This document shows, piece after piece, positions 34,746-48,034 of a stretch of DNA of 63,418 nt (within the stretch, counting starts at the first letter, position 1; every line of letters begins with the position of its first letter). The notes beneath the pieces were generated by a model. That model was not told the origin of the DNA. It did not search any database and saw nothing but the letters and a program-made list of their open reading frames with translations. The stretch is from Octopus bimaculoides. Its lineage: Eukaryota. The stretch is taken from NCBI RefSeq assembly GCF_001194135.2, contig NC_068988.1, forward strand, positions 82,199,804-82,263,221, read 5' to 3'. The translations under genes and the position numbers were made by a program.

Positions 34746-36030
34746 AAGGTTGTCAAGAAAGTTTTTGTGGTTTTTAATCTTTAAATTCAGATGCACATAT
34801 CTCCGCTCAAACAAAACTTTATTAATCAAAATAAGCACCATCAGAATCAACACACTTTTACCAATGTGAAACAAGTTTATTTATGCCAGTAGCATAAAAA
34901 TCCTGCGTTCTGGTGGCGATGAAGTCATTGAAGGTGTGTTTGGCATCGTCTTAGTTTTTGAAGCATTTCTCACGTAGGAAGTTGTTGAGATGTTTGAAAA
35001 AGTGGTAGTCGTTAGGCGAGAGGTGTGGTGAGTATGATGGATGAGGCAGAGTTTCGTAGTCCAATTTGTTCAACTTCTGCAGGGTCAGTTGTGTGAAGTG
35101 TGGCCAAGCGTTGTCATGGAGAAGAATTTGTCCTTGTCTATTGACCAATGCTGGCTGTTGTTGTCAGAGTTTCTTATGCATTTCATTCATTTGCTGACAG
35201 TACTTCTCTGCTGTAATGGTTTTACCTGGATCCAAAAAGCTGTGATGGATGAGACCGACTGCAGACCACCAAACAGTCACCATGACCTTATTTTGGTGCA
35301 ACTTTGGCTTTAGGAAGTGTCATGGAGCTTCGTCAGCGTCCAACCACTGAGCTGAGTGTCATCGGTTGTCGTAAAGAATCCATTTTTCATCGCAAGCCAC
35401 AATCTGGTCAAGAAATGGGTTGTTCTTGTTGCGTAAAAAAAGGGAAGACAACATTTCAAAACAGTGGTTTTATTGGTTGTCATTCAATTCATGTGGCACC
35501 CATTTCTCAAGTATTTTTGTTATTCCAATCTCTTTTGAGTGGTTGGAAATTGTCATATACATTACATCTAATTAAGAAGCAAGCTCTTGAACAGTTGTGC
35601 GTGGATTGGCTTCCACTAAGGCTCTTATTTGATCGTTGTCAACATCAGATGGCCGACCACTATGCTTATCATCTTCAAAACTCTTGTCACCACTACGAAA
35701 TTTCTTGAATCACCATTGTGTTGTACATTCATTAGTGGTTCCTGGTCCCAATGCATCGTTGATATTGCGAGCTGTTTCAGTAGCTTTTCGGTCTAGCTTG
35801 AACTGGAATAAGAAAATTGTGCAAGTTTACGTTTTGTCCATGCTGTATTCAACGTTCCAAAAAAAATGGCCTAATTATTCAAAAAGAGAAAGAGTAACAC
35901 GATTAAATAGAGCGGAAAACGGGCTTTAAAATGATATATGAAGTTAAAGTAATTTAACGAATATTTATTTGAAAATACAACATTTAAAACCAAAATTAAA
36001 AATTCCGCAAGAACTTTCTTGACAACCTAA
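34745..36030 (-). mobile_element. Full-length decayed mariner (cecropia/Hsmar1-like), 1286 bp
   Basis: TIRs TA-taaggttgtcaagaaagt / actttcttgacaacctaa-TA; QILLHDNAWPH, LPHPSYSPHLSPNDYHFFKHLNNFL; N-terminal FKLDRKATETARNIN. Confidence 0.95.
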
Positions 36031-36550
36031 TACATTATTACAAATAAGTACCCACCCAGAGTATTCTGAAGCAGACCCAGGCACCAAAGTCTGGCAACAA
36101 GCCTTGGCTAAGTTATTTCTATCTTCCTTCTACCAGTCACACAAGCTTGAAAAATATCATGAACATTGGTCTTGTTTCTTTAATTAATCTCATACATCAT
36201 GATCTTCCATCGTCTTCTCAGTGTTTTCTCATATTATGGGTGTTCTGCTTTCACCTGCCTATTCCTTAGTCAAGCTGGTCCATAACCAAATTTGCACCAC
36301 ACTGATTTCATGCAAGAGAATTTCATGCAAGACAATTTTTCCACGAGCCAGAGGATGATGTTCACAACAGATCACAATAAAGTGCATAATATATGATTTA
36401 ATTATTACATATATAATACATATATACATTATATTATAATACATATGTAACGCAAAAACATCCTGCAATAAACAATAAGATAGAATTTTTAAATTTATTT
36501 TCCTCTGTAGCCCAGTCCTAGTTCATGACTTGGTGGTTGGGGACACGTAC

Positions 36551-36600
36551 CTTAGACTAAATTCACCAACTCCTCTGTTCACTCTGTTGACGATTCTCAA
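36551..36600 (-). other. Candidate 50-nt exon on the minus strand
   Basis: Acceptor gttttgtttttattccag|, donor AAG|gtacgt; only open frame LRIVNRVNRGVGEFSL. Confidence 0.3.
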
Positions 36601-36799
36601 CTGGAATAAAAACAAAACTGTTAAACTTGAAATTATTATGAATTGTTTAACTGTTAATTTTTTTTATTATGTTAAATAAACTGTTAAATGTATGATTATT
36701 GTGTATGCGAATTACTTGTTGGTGTTGATGTGGCTGTGGTTGATGGCAATGATGATGATGATGTGTGTTGATGCGTGTGCGTGTATTGGTTGTTGTTTG

Positions 36800-36975
36800 A
36801 TAAAATGCTTGGCAGCATTTTGTCTGTCTTTATATTCTGAGTTCAAATTCCTCTGAGGTCAACTTTGCCTTTTATCCATTCAAGGTCAATAAAATAAGTA
36901 CCAACTGAGCACTGAGTTTGATCTAATTGATCTATCCCACCCACAAAATTGCTAGCCTTGTGCCAGAACTTGAAA
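36800..36975 (+). mobile_element. SINE family C (old)
   Basis: ttctgagttcaaattcc...gaggtcaactttgcctttt. Confidence 0.8.
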
Positions 36976-37959
36976 GCAATAATGTGTGCGAGTGAGTGTG
37001 TGTGTATGTGTGTATGTGTGTGTGTGAGTGTGTGTGTGTGCATTTGCATATGCATGTGTGTGCATGGGTACACATATGTCTATGCATGAGTGTGTGCAAG
37101 TAACTCCTTGACTTCAACCATGTTCAGAGTTAGGACCTACCAAATAGCTGACTGATCTTGCTACCAGTGACAACTGGATAGACAGCTGGTCACACACTTC
37201 ATACATCAACTTAACATCAATAAATGGATAAATTATTAGAGCAAAAAGTTATTTTTCGATTTCTTATTTCATTCTTTTGGTCAACTTCATGAACTATAAT
37301 CCATTTAGAAGTCCCAGTTATTGCTATTTTCATCACCATCGGTATTTCTATTGCTGCTGCTGCTGCTGTTGTTTAAACTGTGATCCATGCTGATGGAGTA
37401 GAACCTATGATCAGAAGTATTCCAACCATGACCATCCCATCTTTAATGGTATGTAAGATGATATTACCTAATCTTTCCTGCCCTGTAGGTTGTGATTTGA
37501 AGATTTGGCAGCTATTTCTTACAGGACAAGCAATTTATAACAATCCCCCTGAATGGCTTGTATGGACTCCTTCATAGCTTACATTAGTAAACTGTCGATG
37601 TCGTCGTCGTCGTCGTCATCGTTGTTGTCATCATCATTGTCACTGCTGTTGCTGCACATTATGACAAAATAAACTAGGCCATTGGGAATAACATGTATTT
37701 GAACAGTATTAAAACTGCCATCTCATAACCGCTAGTGCTATGGACACACTACAGCTCTAATCCCATAACAGAATACATATCTAGTATTAATCTAAATTAC
37801 TTTCAGATAAGATTCTGAGCAAGGCTAGCTACATAACCTTTTATAGAATTTGTAGTGGTTTCTTTCAGGTTTTCATATATCATTTTAGTGTTTCACAGGC
37901 ATCACTTGTTTTATTCAATCATTGACCAGTAATCTGGCAGCTATTTTGAATATTTAAGA

Positions 37960-38165
37960 TTTAAGATGGAAAGAATTATCTTCTTTGCTGCCAACATGAA
38001 AGACATATGGTAAACAGATTTTCTTAAATGCCCAGGAGGCTCCCAATTGGTAGTAGATAGTTTTTGTTTCCTAGACATCCTAATTAGAAGTGGAGGAAGA
38101 GATTCTGAAAGTATAATTGTTAGAATAAGTACTGGATGGAGAAAATTCAGGGAACTTCGGAAAGA

Positions 38166-38243
<78 letters not shown>

Positions 38244-38660
38244 AGTGAAATGCAGAATGTATGATGCTTGTGTACGAACAGCAATGCTATATGGGAGTGA
38301 AATAGGAGATTCAAAAACTAGGGACAAGTGAGGTTAGTAAGTTCTGTTGGATGTGCAATGTTAGTGGTGTCCTTGTACAACAAAGTGCAAATGTGTTGAG
38401 AGAAAAATTAAGCATAAGAGGAATCAGATATAGTGTTCAAGAGAAAAGACTGCAACGGTTCAGGCATATGATGTGTCTGGATGAGGACAGCTCTACAAAG
38501 AAGTGCTGAATGCTTAAAATGGATTGTGGAAAAGGGAGACATGGGACAAAGTAGTGAAGACTGATTGCAAAATGTTGGGCCTCACAGAGAAGAGGATAAT
38601 AGACTGATATGATTGGCAATTCACTGTATTTCAAGAAAACCTGCCCATCACGGCAAGCAT
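37960..38660 (+). mobile_element. Decayed RTE LINE RT/3' fragment interrupted by (CT)n at 38165-38240
   Basis: VRISTGWRKFREL...KCRMYDACVRTAMLYGSE. Confidence 0.85.
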
Positions 38661-39375
38661 GAAGTCTTAAAGGCATTATATGTATGCCTGTATATGCTGG
38701 GCCCTGCACCCAATCTGCCCACATCAAGCATTACCCCATATCTCATCTTCCTAACATCTAACCCTCCATCACTGTTCTATGACATTACTCAGCCACTGTG
38801 ATCGTCTGAGAGCAGAATTGACATAATTACCTCCTTCCTCTGCTGGAACTACTCCCTTTTAAACTCCATATTCTCATTATCATTCCTTTCCATACTACTT
38901 TCCACAGACAACTCTTTTTCTGTGCCATCAGTTATCTCTCCCTCCCCACTGAGCTACATCTTAGGCCCACCATACCTCATCTTTAACGCTTCCTATCCAC
39001 TATCATCCTCAGTACCCTCTCATATACATTATTGTTTCCCCACCCCACCTTTCTGGCTCCGTTCTCTGCAAGCCATCCTCATGTACCTCCCACCTCCATC
39101 TCTGCAGATGTTTATCTCCCCACCTCCTTCACTTCTCTCTCATCCTGCACATCATCTCCTTGGTTTCTATTGTTTCTACAGATTTCTTTGATAAAGCTAC
39201 TCTCCACACCTCCTGTGTCACAGTTTGTCACTTCTCACTTCTATTTTACTGACCTCCCATCTCCCTACTGATATCAACCACATCTCCATCCTTGTTCACA
39301 ATTCACTACATCCACATCTAGCGCTATCTCTAACCACTTATCCCTTTCCTCTCACACTCTTATGAAATTACCCAC

Positions 39376-39406
<31 letters not shown>

Positions 39407-39699
39407 ATCCTGATCCACTCCCTAATATTCTCCCTTATACTCACCTTGTATTTCGAGAGTATGCTCTGATACCCAATCACCACCATCTTTATATTTCCAA
39501 GCTATATAATGCAGGGTAGCCATCTATCCCAAGACACCTGTGCTTCACCCTCTATCTTACTTCAGAGTCTTCAGCAATTGGTCTTAAGCCACTTCCTCCT
39601 CTCTCAAAATACACTCTCACTCAACTGAGGGGGTATGTTTTCCTCTTCCTTCCTTGTTTTTTATTTTCCCCTTCTTTTTTTAGTATTGCAAGTTACTTG

Positions 39700-39900
39700 G
39701 TGACATCACTAGTGTTGGTGCCACGTAAAAATCACCCAGTACTCTCTGTAAAATGGTTGGTGTTAGATAGGGCATCTAACCATAGAAGCCCTGTCAAAGC
39801 TGACATTCAGGCCTGATGCAGTTCTGCTGCTCATTGGATCCTGTCAAACTGTCCAACCAAAGCCAGCATGGAAGACATAAGTTAAATGATGATGATGTTA
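39700..39900 (+). mobile_element. RTE 3' UTR fragment
   Basis: ...aactgtccaaccaaagccagcatggaagacataagttaaatgatgatgatg. Confidence 0.75.
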
Positions 39901-39989
39901 TATGTGCATGTGTGCATAGGTGTGTGTGCATGTATGTGTGTGTCTGTGTGTGTGTGCTGAGTGCTGTTTTCTTTTTATTTGTTCATTCA

Positions 39990-40034
<45 letters not shown>

Positions 40035-40234
40035 ATATGTGTGTGTATGTAAATGATGTATATACATATATTGTATATGTGTACACACTCATATAGGCAA
40101 ACTAGCAGTGATTAGAATGCTGTCTAGAATACCTTGAGTGATTGTTTTGACTTTCTGAGTTCTGTATTCAAATCTTGCTAGGATGGACTTTGATGTTCAT
40201 CCTTTCACAGTCAATATATTAATTACCCTTTTAG

Positions 40235-40565
40235 AGAGTTACCCCACACATTCTAGTTACATTCTGGTTACACCACAACTACACCACACATCCTAGTTAC
40301 ATTCTTGTTCCATTCTAGTTACACTTCGGTTATGCTACTCATTCTGATTATATTCTAATTACACTTCAATTACACCACACATTCTACTTTTATCATATTT
40401 ACACCTCAGACACAACTCACATTCTTGTTACACATCAGTTACGCTACACATTCCAGTTACACCTCACATTCTATTCACACAACATTTACATCTCAATTAC
40501 ATCTCACATCCTATATACCGTAGTTACAACTCACATTCCAATTACATCACAGTTACACCTCACAA
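40235..40565. repeat. Degenerate minisatellite (about agttacacctcacattct)
   Basis: Repeated ttacac/cacattc units. Confidence 0.8.
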
Positions 40566-42689
40566 ATAGAGAGAACAATAAAACCTCCACACGACTGAGG
40601 TTCAATAACATATAGCACTTTTAGTTTCACCACTAAAAAACTGGGTTTCCTTTTTGTTTGTTCATTCCTTAATTTTCCTATTATCTAATAAATGTCTTCA
40701 TTCTGTTAAAGGTCATGCTACTATTAAACATCATCAAGTAGACATAATTTCAAGAACCAACTTCCTGCTGAAATACATAGCGCTTTGTCTAGCTATGCAT
40801 GTTAAAGCAGCATAATTGGCCAAGTTTTTAGCTCATCAAATACAATGCTAAGCAGTATCTGTCCCAGATTTCTGTTTCCAAGTCTATGAAGATCAACTTA
40901 ATCTTTCGTTCTTTCAAATACAATAAATAAAATACCAGTCCAGTACCAGGGTTGATTCTTCTTCATTCACTCTCTCTCTCTCTTCCTTTCTCTCTCTCTC
41001 TCTCCCTCTTACTCTCTCTCTATCTCTCACTCTTACTCTCAGAAACTGGTTTTTAAAAATAAACGATCAAAATAGTCGAGGGCCCAAGGATGAAAGACAC
41101 CATGCATGTAATCTATACAGCGAGCTATGGATATAAAACACAATCAACCATAAGACCATCTGATGTGTTGGGAAAGACGTTATCTGCTATGTAGGGAGAG
41201 ACCTTATCTGATGTGTAAGGAGAAGTACTTACTATTTAATGTTGCAAGAACTGTAGACCTGATGAGAAGGAAATTGAAAATTGTAACGCACATTTATGCC
41301 CCAATATTTTGGTCAGTAAAACACAAGGCTAATGGTAAGGTGTATCTGCTATGATGTTGACACCTGGTTTGTTGTCACCTTTATGACAGGTGAGTGATCA
41401 TTACAGAGAGAAATCTAAATAATTAGCCCAAACATGGAATATGTGCCTGGTTTAGTTGAAATGAATATACAAGTCTTAATGATTCCTGGAGATCACAGAA
41501 CTATACTGAAACAGTGCTCAGTTTTAAGGATGGAATAAAAGGCATGAAACAAGACTGCTGGTGCAGGGTGAAAGTTTAGTTGCTATAGCTATAGGTCACA
41601 AGAGCCATTTGAAGGGTTTTCCCTAGAGAGAGGAAAATGCACAAGAAAAGAAAAGTGAGAATAATAGACTCTAGTTTCTAGAGCATTATCAGTCACACTT
41701 TTTGGAGGCTACTCTGAGAGTGGCCTGAAAACCTGCCTCACCTTCAGTTCCAGAAGCAAACAATACTGAGACTTTCATCTACAAGCAGCACCATTCTTGA
41801 TGAGGAGGAGGAGAAGGGGGATGAACCAGAGTGTGCCAAAACTTCCTGAGAGTGTACCAGAAGCAAAAAGACAGGAAGAAGATCCTCAAATAAGAAAGAA
41901 AATGAAGCTTAGAGGATGGTAGCTAAAAAGCTCAAGGTGCAACCTGGTAACACTAGTATGGTATTTCACAGTTCTTCATCTAGAAAATGAACAACTATAA
42001 ATGATCTGAATGAAGGTGTGTGACCTAGCGGTTTGAGTGTTACATTCAGACCATATGATGCTGGGTTCATTTCCTTGAGTATGTCACCTCATTTCACACT
42101 GCTCCTATCTACTCAGATGTAAAAGAATAGCAATTAAATGCTGACACAGTTTTTTCTCCCTCCAGCTGTAACTTCAATGTTTTATTGAGTCAGTGGGAGA
42201 GCTGAGAGGTCGTCTATGTCTGTTCACAACTACACAGAGACCTAAAACATAGAGACTACGTAGTCTTGAAACAACCAATGAAAGTGTGGTACAAGTGTGT
42301 CATATATGATGAGAGACGTCAACCACAATGGGAGAGAAAATCTGATTCCAATGGGGGATGTTAATTACAATGAAATGTTAATTATAATTAGAGATGTCAG
42401 CTATAATGACAGCTATCAGTTATAATGAGTTGCTAATTATAATGACAGAGATATGTTAATTATAATGTCAGTATTAACTACATGGGAGATGTCAGCTATA
42501 AGGACAGGTTGTAGTGCACTTGAGCATTGTATACAATAAGCTCATTACTATCATTATGGTTATTATTATTATTATTTACCTGTTTTTGTTTTTGTTTTTG
42601 CTGTTCTGTGTCGTAACCTGTCCTTTGGTATTGTCCTCCATGACTTCGGCCCTTGTCGCCAATAAAAGAAAACATCATCATCATCATCA

Positions 42690-45160
42690 TCATTATTATT
42701 ATTATTATTATTATTTTATGTTTGACTTTTGCTTTACATTTGTACAAGTTGACTCCAAGTCTCACCTAGAGACTTCAAGAGACAACAAGTTAGAAGTTCA
42801 TGTTGGTGTTATGCCTAGGGTGCCATATATTTGGTTTTCTACATAGTGTTGTTCTAGAGAATGTTTTAGAAGCCATAAGAAAATTATGTGTTTGTTTTAA
42901 AATTTGAGATTACATAGAAAATATTTTGCGTAGGATATGGGTAGTTCCCATGAGCACTGTCTTTGGAATTTCTGCCATTTTGGGGTTTCCTGGTATCTGA
43001 GCTAGGTAGCAATCAGCCCCTTTTGCTATCATTCCCAGGACACCTATGACAACAGGTATTGTTTTAGTCTTCAGGTTCCACATTTTGCTAATTTCTATTT
43101 CAAGATCTTTATATTTGCTCAGTTTTTGGTAGGTCTTGACAGATATGTTTATATCGATTGGGACAGTCATATCAATGAGGAGGCATGAGTTTTGACTGAA
43201 GTTTTTCAATATAATGTCTGGCCTATTCGCATCTATATTTCTGTCAGTTTGAATGGTGAAGTTCCAGAGGAGTGAGATGTGATCATTTTCAAGCACTGGA
43301 GGTGCTTTGTGTTCCCACCAGTTTTTATCATGGGGCAAGTCCAGGTTTTTGCAAATTACCTAGTGAATATATTGTGCAGCTCTATCATGCCTGTTGAGAT
43401 ACTCTGTAGGCGCAAGAAGACTGCGCATGGAGACATGATCAATGGTTTCATTTTGTTGTTGACATACAAGACATGTTTAATAATCGCTAGTAAGCCCTTG
43501 AGTTGTTGGTCATTTTTTGCAAAGAGCTTTAAATCGTCCATGTAAATGAGATGATTTATATTTTTATCAAACATTTTATAACCATACTGTGCATCTTTGA
43601 GCAATTTTGAGAGAGGTATTAAAGCTAGACAAAAGAGGAGTGGTGATAGTGAGTCACCCTGGAAAATGCCACATAAAATTTTTACATCTCCAGCATTTAG
43701 AGATTCATTGCCATTGTTCAACGTCAGTGTGGTTCTCCATGATCTCATACTTACAGACAAAAAGTTTCGCAGAGTAGGCGCTATTTTATACATTTTCAGG
43801 CATTTCTTAATCCAGCAGTGTGGTAGGCTATCAAAAGCTTCTTTATAGTCTATCCAGGCAACTGACAAGTTTTTGTGTCGTTTGTGACAATCTACTAAGA
43901 TCATCTTATTGATGAGTAGCTTATCTTTACAACCATAAGATCCACGTTTACATCCCTTTTGCTCATTAGGGAATATGCTATTTTCTATTAAAAAACTATG
44001 TGTCTTGCAAACAACTTGCACATGCAAGTGCTACCAGTCAAGAATTCCACATACCGGAAGCCAGCAAGTGTATGGGGTCATCAGGAGAGAATGCGTGCCG
44101 TTTTGGGGCCTACCTCTCGACGGCATCAATGCGCACCGGCCCACCTCACTGATATGAGGCCCCGCTTGCTAGATCAACTGATTATTAAACAAAGCTCANN
44201 NNNNNNNNNNNNNNNNNNNNNNNNNNNNNNNNNNNNNNNNNNNNNNNNNNNNNNNNNNNNNNNNNNNNNNNNNNNNNNNNNNNNNNNNNNNNNNNNNNNN
44301 NNNNNNNNNNNNNNNNNNNNNNNNNNNNNNNNNCAAATCCTCTACATCCGACTTCGATTGGAAAATGCTCCGCTTTCCAGCCTGCGTCTTCACATTTCTC
44401 GAGGAGGTTTTCATAACAGTCCATCTTTCGAACAGATGTTAGCGTTTTATACATTGTTGTTAAGCAGGTTATGGGTCCATAATTTTTGGTTCATTTGTTT
44501 TTTCATTTTCTGGAAGTAGGAGTGTTAAACCATTAACATGCCAAGAGGGCATCATACTAGGATGCTGCAAAACATTGTTGCAAAATTTTGTTAGCAGTTC
44601 ATGGCTCTCTGGGAAGGCATTCAACCAGAAGTTAGGAATTTTATCCTTTCCTAGTGACTTCCATTTGCTTAACCTGAGAACAGATCTTATATCTTCTACC
44701 TTGACACCCTCCCAATTTTGCTCCTCTAAGAAGTCTAAGTCTGTAGATATTCTATCAATCCAAGGGGCCTTTTCATTGTGTGTTTTTTCTTCTGCTCAAA
44801 TTTTATTCCAAGATTCCTGCACTTCTTCTTTTGATGGGACAGACTTTACTGTAACTGGTGTTTTCCCTATGTTCCTGTAAAAATTTTGGGGGTTATTTTT
44901 GAACATGTTGTCCTTGAAGAATCTAATGCACTTTTCATACCTTGCTATGCGGGCAGCTTTAGCACATACCTTTTTTTGTTTGATGGTTTCTATGGTGGCA
45001 TCAGTGTCAAGTATGGTTTTCATATTATATTTTTTCTTTAATTGTCAGGTTTTTGTAGGTTTGGTAGTCTTGTTAAAATTAAGGTTTTTCAAACATTCTA
45101 TGTCAGATCTAAGTAGCTTAATTTGGTGTTGAATATGCTCTTGTCAAGAAGGCTTTTTGT
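42690..45160 (-). mobile_element. R4/Dong-clade LINE (RT with YMDD, CCHC, RLE) with an internal deletion and a nested insertion
   Basis: ORFs 43356-44027 ([17 protein letters not shown]...[14 protein letters not shown]) and 42910-43338 (ANRPDII...IDMTVP...KYKDL...IPVVIG.LG); upstream N-terminal part at 44430-45160; (TAA)n tail. Confidence 0.93.
44007..44430 (-). mobile_element. 3' fragment of a second RLE LINE (Hero/NeSL-like) nested in the R4 element
   Basis: RKMDCYENLLEKCEDAGWKAEHFPIEVGCRGF, gap, then a GC-rich 3' UTR; host ORF MYKTLTSV resumes as [10 protein letters not shown]. Confidence 0.8.
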
Positions 45161-45219
45161 GGGAATGTTGTCATTTTCTAATCTTTTCACCACATAGAAT
45201 CGTTGAGATTTTCGTGGCT

Positions 45220-45530
45220 ATGATGCTCCCCCACTATTTCTGCTCATGATCAGAGATGCACATATCATCAGCCACTAAGGGACATGCTCAACTGGTTAAG
45301 TGAAACAACTAACAAGCAAATCTGTGGTATTGAGCAGAATATTTTCTGTAGCCCATCTTCTATACCAAGACAAAACAATGTACATAACACTTCCAATCAG
45401 ATAAGATCAGAAATCATGAGAGTCACTGCCTGGTACTGCACCAGGGTCAATGAAATAAGTACCAGCTGAGCACTGGGGTCGATGTAATCGACTAGCCCCC
45501 CTCTCCCCAAATTTCTGTGGTTTGCTGTGA
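45220..45530 (+). mobile_element. LINE-tail repeat (45220-45425) plus SINE family C 3' part (45430-45530)
   Basis: ccactaagggacatgctcaactggttaag...; aaataagtaccagctgagcactggggtcgatgtaatcgac. Confidence 0.6.
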
Positions 45531-45539
45531 TGCTCTTAT

Positions 45540-46700
45540 GGTTACTGAATTGAAAGTGTTTTGCATAGGATGTGTGCAGTACCCAGTAGTGCAATTTTCT
45601 GTATGTTATATATATTTGTAAGTCCTGGTGTTTTTGTTATGTATTTGTCTGAATATTTTTTTATTATACCTAAGGCACCTACTATGATAGGAATTGTTTC
45701 TGTTTTTAGATTCCACATTCGAGTTACTTCTATTTCCAGGTCTTTGTATTTTGAAAGTTTCTCCATTTCTTTTAGGGAAATGTTGTCATCTGCTGGTATT
45801 GAAACATCAATTAGAAAGCATTTTTTTTCTTCATGATCTCTGACAACTATATCTGGTCTATTTGCCTTAATNNNNNNNNNNNNNNNNNNNNNNNNNNNNN
45901 NNNNNNNNNNNNNNNNNNNNNNNNNNNNNNNNNNNNNNNNNNNNNNNNNNNNNNNNNNNNNNNNNNNNNNNNNNNNNNNNNNNNNNNNNNNNNNNNNNNN
46001 NNNNNNNNNNNNNNNNNNNNNNNNNNNNNNNNNNNNNNNNNNNNNNNNNNNNNNNNNNNNNNNNNNNNNNNNNNNNNNNNNNNNNNNNNNNNNNNNNNNN
46101 NNNNNNNNNNNNNNNNNNNNNNNNNNNNNNNNNNNNNNNNNNNNNNNNNNNNNNNNNNNNNNNNNNNNNNNNNNNNNNNNNNNNNNNNNNNNNNNNNNNA
46201 TTTGTTAGGTAGATTGATTTCTTGTTTGTATTTGTCAGTTTCCTTAAATACTGAAAACAGTTTTTTGTTTTGCTCGTGTTTTGTGGCTATTTGTATTAGT
46301 TTTCCTTGCTTCTGAAGTAGGTATTTTTGCAGTCCTATAGTGGTTATTTTATAATAGTTTTCTAGCTGTATAAGACCCCTGCCACCTTCTGTGCGTTGTA
46401 TATATAGCCTTTCTATGTCAGATTTTCGGTGGTGCATCCTAGATCCTGTCATTATTTTTCTTGTTTTCCTGTCTATTTTAGTTAGTTCATTTAGTGTCCA
46501 GTTAAGGATATTGTAGCTGTAACTTATAACTGGGACAGCTAAAGTGTTAATACCTATTATCTTGTTTTTAGCATTCAGCTTTGTTTTTAGTATTGATCTA
46601 ACTCGCCTATAGTATTCTTTCTTTATTTTCTCTTTCATTTGTGTGTGTTATATCCTATCTAGTTCATTGATTCGTAAATATTTGTATGTCTGGCTTTGGT
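45540..46700 (-). mobile_element. Second R4/Dong-type LINE fragment (post-RT region plus RLE), gap-interrupted
   Basis: KEYYRRVRSILKTKLNAKNKI..INT.AVPV..YS...GGRGL; EKLSKYKDLEIEV.RMW...IPII.GALG. Confidence 0.9.
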
Positions 46701-46874
46701 CTAATTCTCTTATTTCATTGGTTTTATCTAGTGTGATGTTGCTACTCTTTATGGGGAAACTTCAATACAGTTGCCTGAAATAATGACCAAATCACTCTTA
46801 AATCATACCCAACTATTACCTTAAAAGGGGAAGGATACATTTAAACTATTATCTCATTGTAGATATACAATGCA

Positions 46875-47040
46875 TAGGTGCAGGCATGGCTGTGTGGTAA
46901 GAAGCTTGCTTCTCAACCACATGGTTCAAAATTCCATCCCACTGCATGGCACCTTGGGCAAGTATCTTCTATTATAGCCTTGGGCTGACCAAAGCCTTGT
47001 GAGTGGATTTGGTAGACAGAAACTGAAAGAAGCCCATTAT
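46875..47040 (+). mobile_element. SINE family A 5' part
   Basis: gcaggcatggctgtgtggtaagaagcttgcttctcaaccacatggttc...ggaaactgaaagaagccc-like. Confidence 0.88.
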
Positions 47041-47096
47041 ATATATATGTGTGTATATAAAATATTCATATACATATATATATATGTATGTATATA

Positions 47097-47138
<42 letters not shown>

Positions 47139-48034
47139 CAGGGTGGGTGGAAAGTAACTAGGCATTAGAAATTGCTTATAGAATTTTTAGTATCACTGAA
47201 GTCATGATGAAAACATTTTTCAAACAGACAGCACTAATGGGATTTCTCATTTTTTTTATTGTCTTATTTCTTATTTTTTTATTTTCCAGATGGCCTATCG
47301 CTTCACTGTTCAGGAGCGAGCTAAGATAGCAGCACATTATGAAGTGTGGAATTCCGTTATTTTGGTTCAGAGATGGTGACGTGCATAGAAAGGTAAGCAT
47401 GCAACACCACGTCCAGAGCCAATAAAAAGTTGTCATGCAAAGCTGATGACCGCGGGCTCTGTGAACAATGCAAGAAGAAGTGGTCATCCAGCCACATCCC
47501 AATTAGTAGGGAACGTGGCAACAGTGCAGGAAATGTTTAATTGCAGCCCACAAAAATCAACACATCAAGCAACTCATGAAAGTGGACTAACAAGACACAC
47601 AATACATACAGTGTTGCATAAAGAATTGAATTTTCGTCCATGGAAACCCCATTATGTGCTGGAGCTGAAACTTGAAAACAGTGACCACAGAAGTCCAGAA
47701 CTCCAGAACTCCAAGAAGTCCACATCTCACTCCATGTAATTTTTATCTGTGGGGTTACACAAAAGAGGTGTACAACACAAATCCTCGCACTCTGGAGGAC
47801 TTGGAGACATGGATTCAAAACATTCTCAATGGTATCCCAGATGACATCCTTCAGAAGGTTGTTCATTCCATCTCTGACCATTTAAGGAAACTGGTTGATA
47901 CCACTGGTGCTTACATTGAAGTTACTTTCATTTTCCCATGTAATAAAGAACATGTATCATTTGTTTAACTAAATTTGTAAATGGAATATGGATTTTATTA
48001 CCAATTTTTAATACCTACTTACTTTTCACCCACT
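47139..48034 (+). mobile_element. Internally deleted Tc1/mariner element
   Basis: TA-cagggtgggtggaaagtaa TIR; MAYRFTVQERAKIAA...RKSTH-type HTH...LNFRPWK joined to PRSPHLTPCNFYLWGY; right TIR acttttcacccact cut by gap. Confidence 0.9.

Noticed and set aside
41255-41300. Hammerhead at CTGATGAgaaggaaattGAAA; also a TSP1-like peptide ENCNAHLCP
   Set aside because: Stem II and stem I do not pair. The exon reading (41257-41311) has only moderate splice sites and is too short to support a domain call.
44040-44110. Hammerhead at minus-strand CTGATGA in the nested LINE UTR
   Set aside because: No GAAA in the required position and no stem II pairing.
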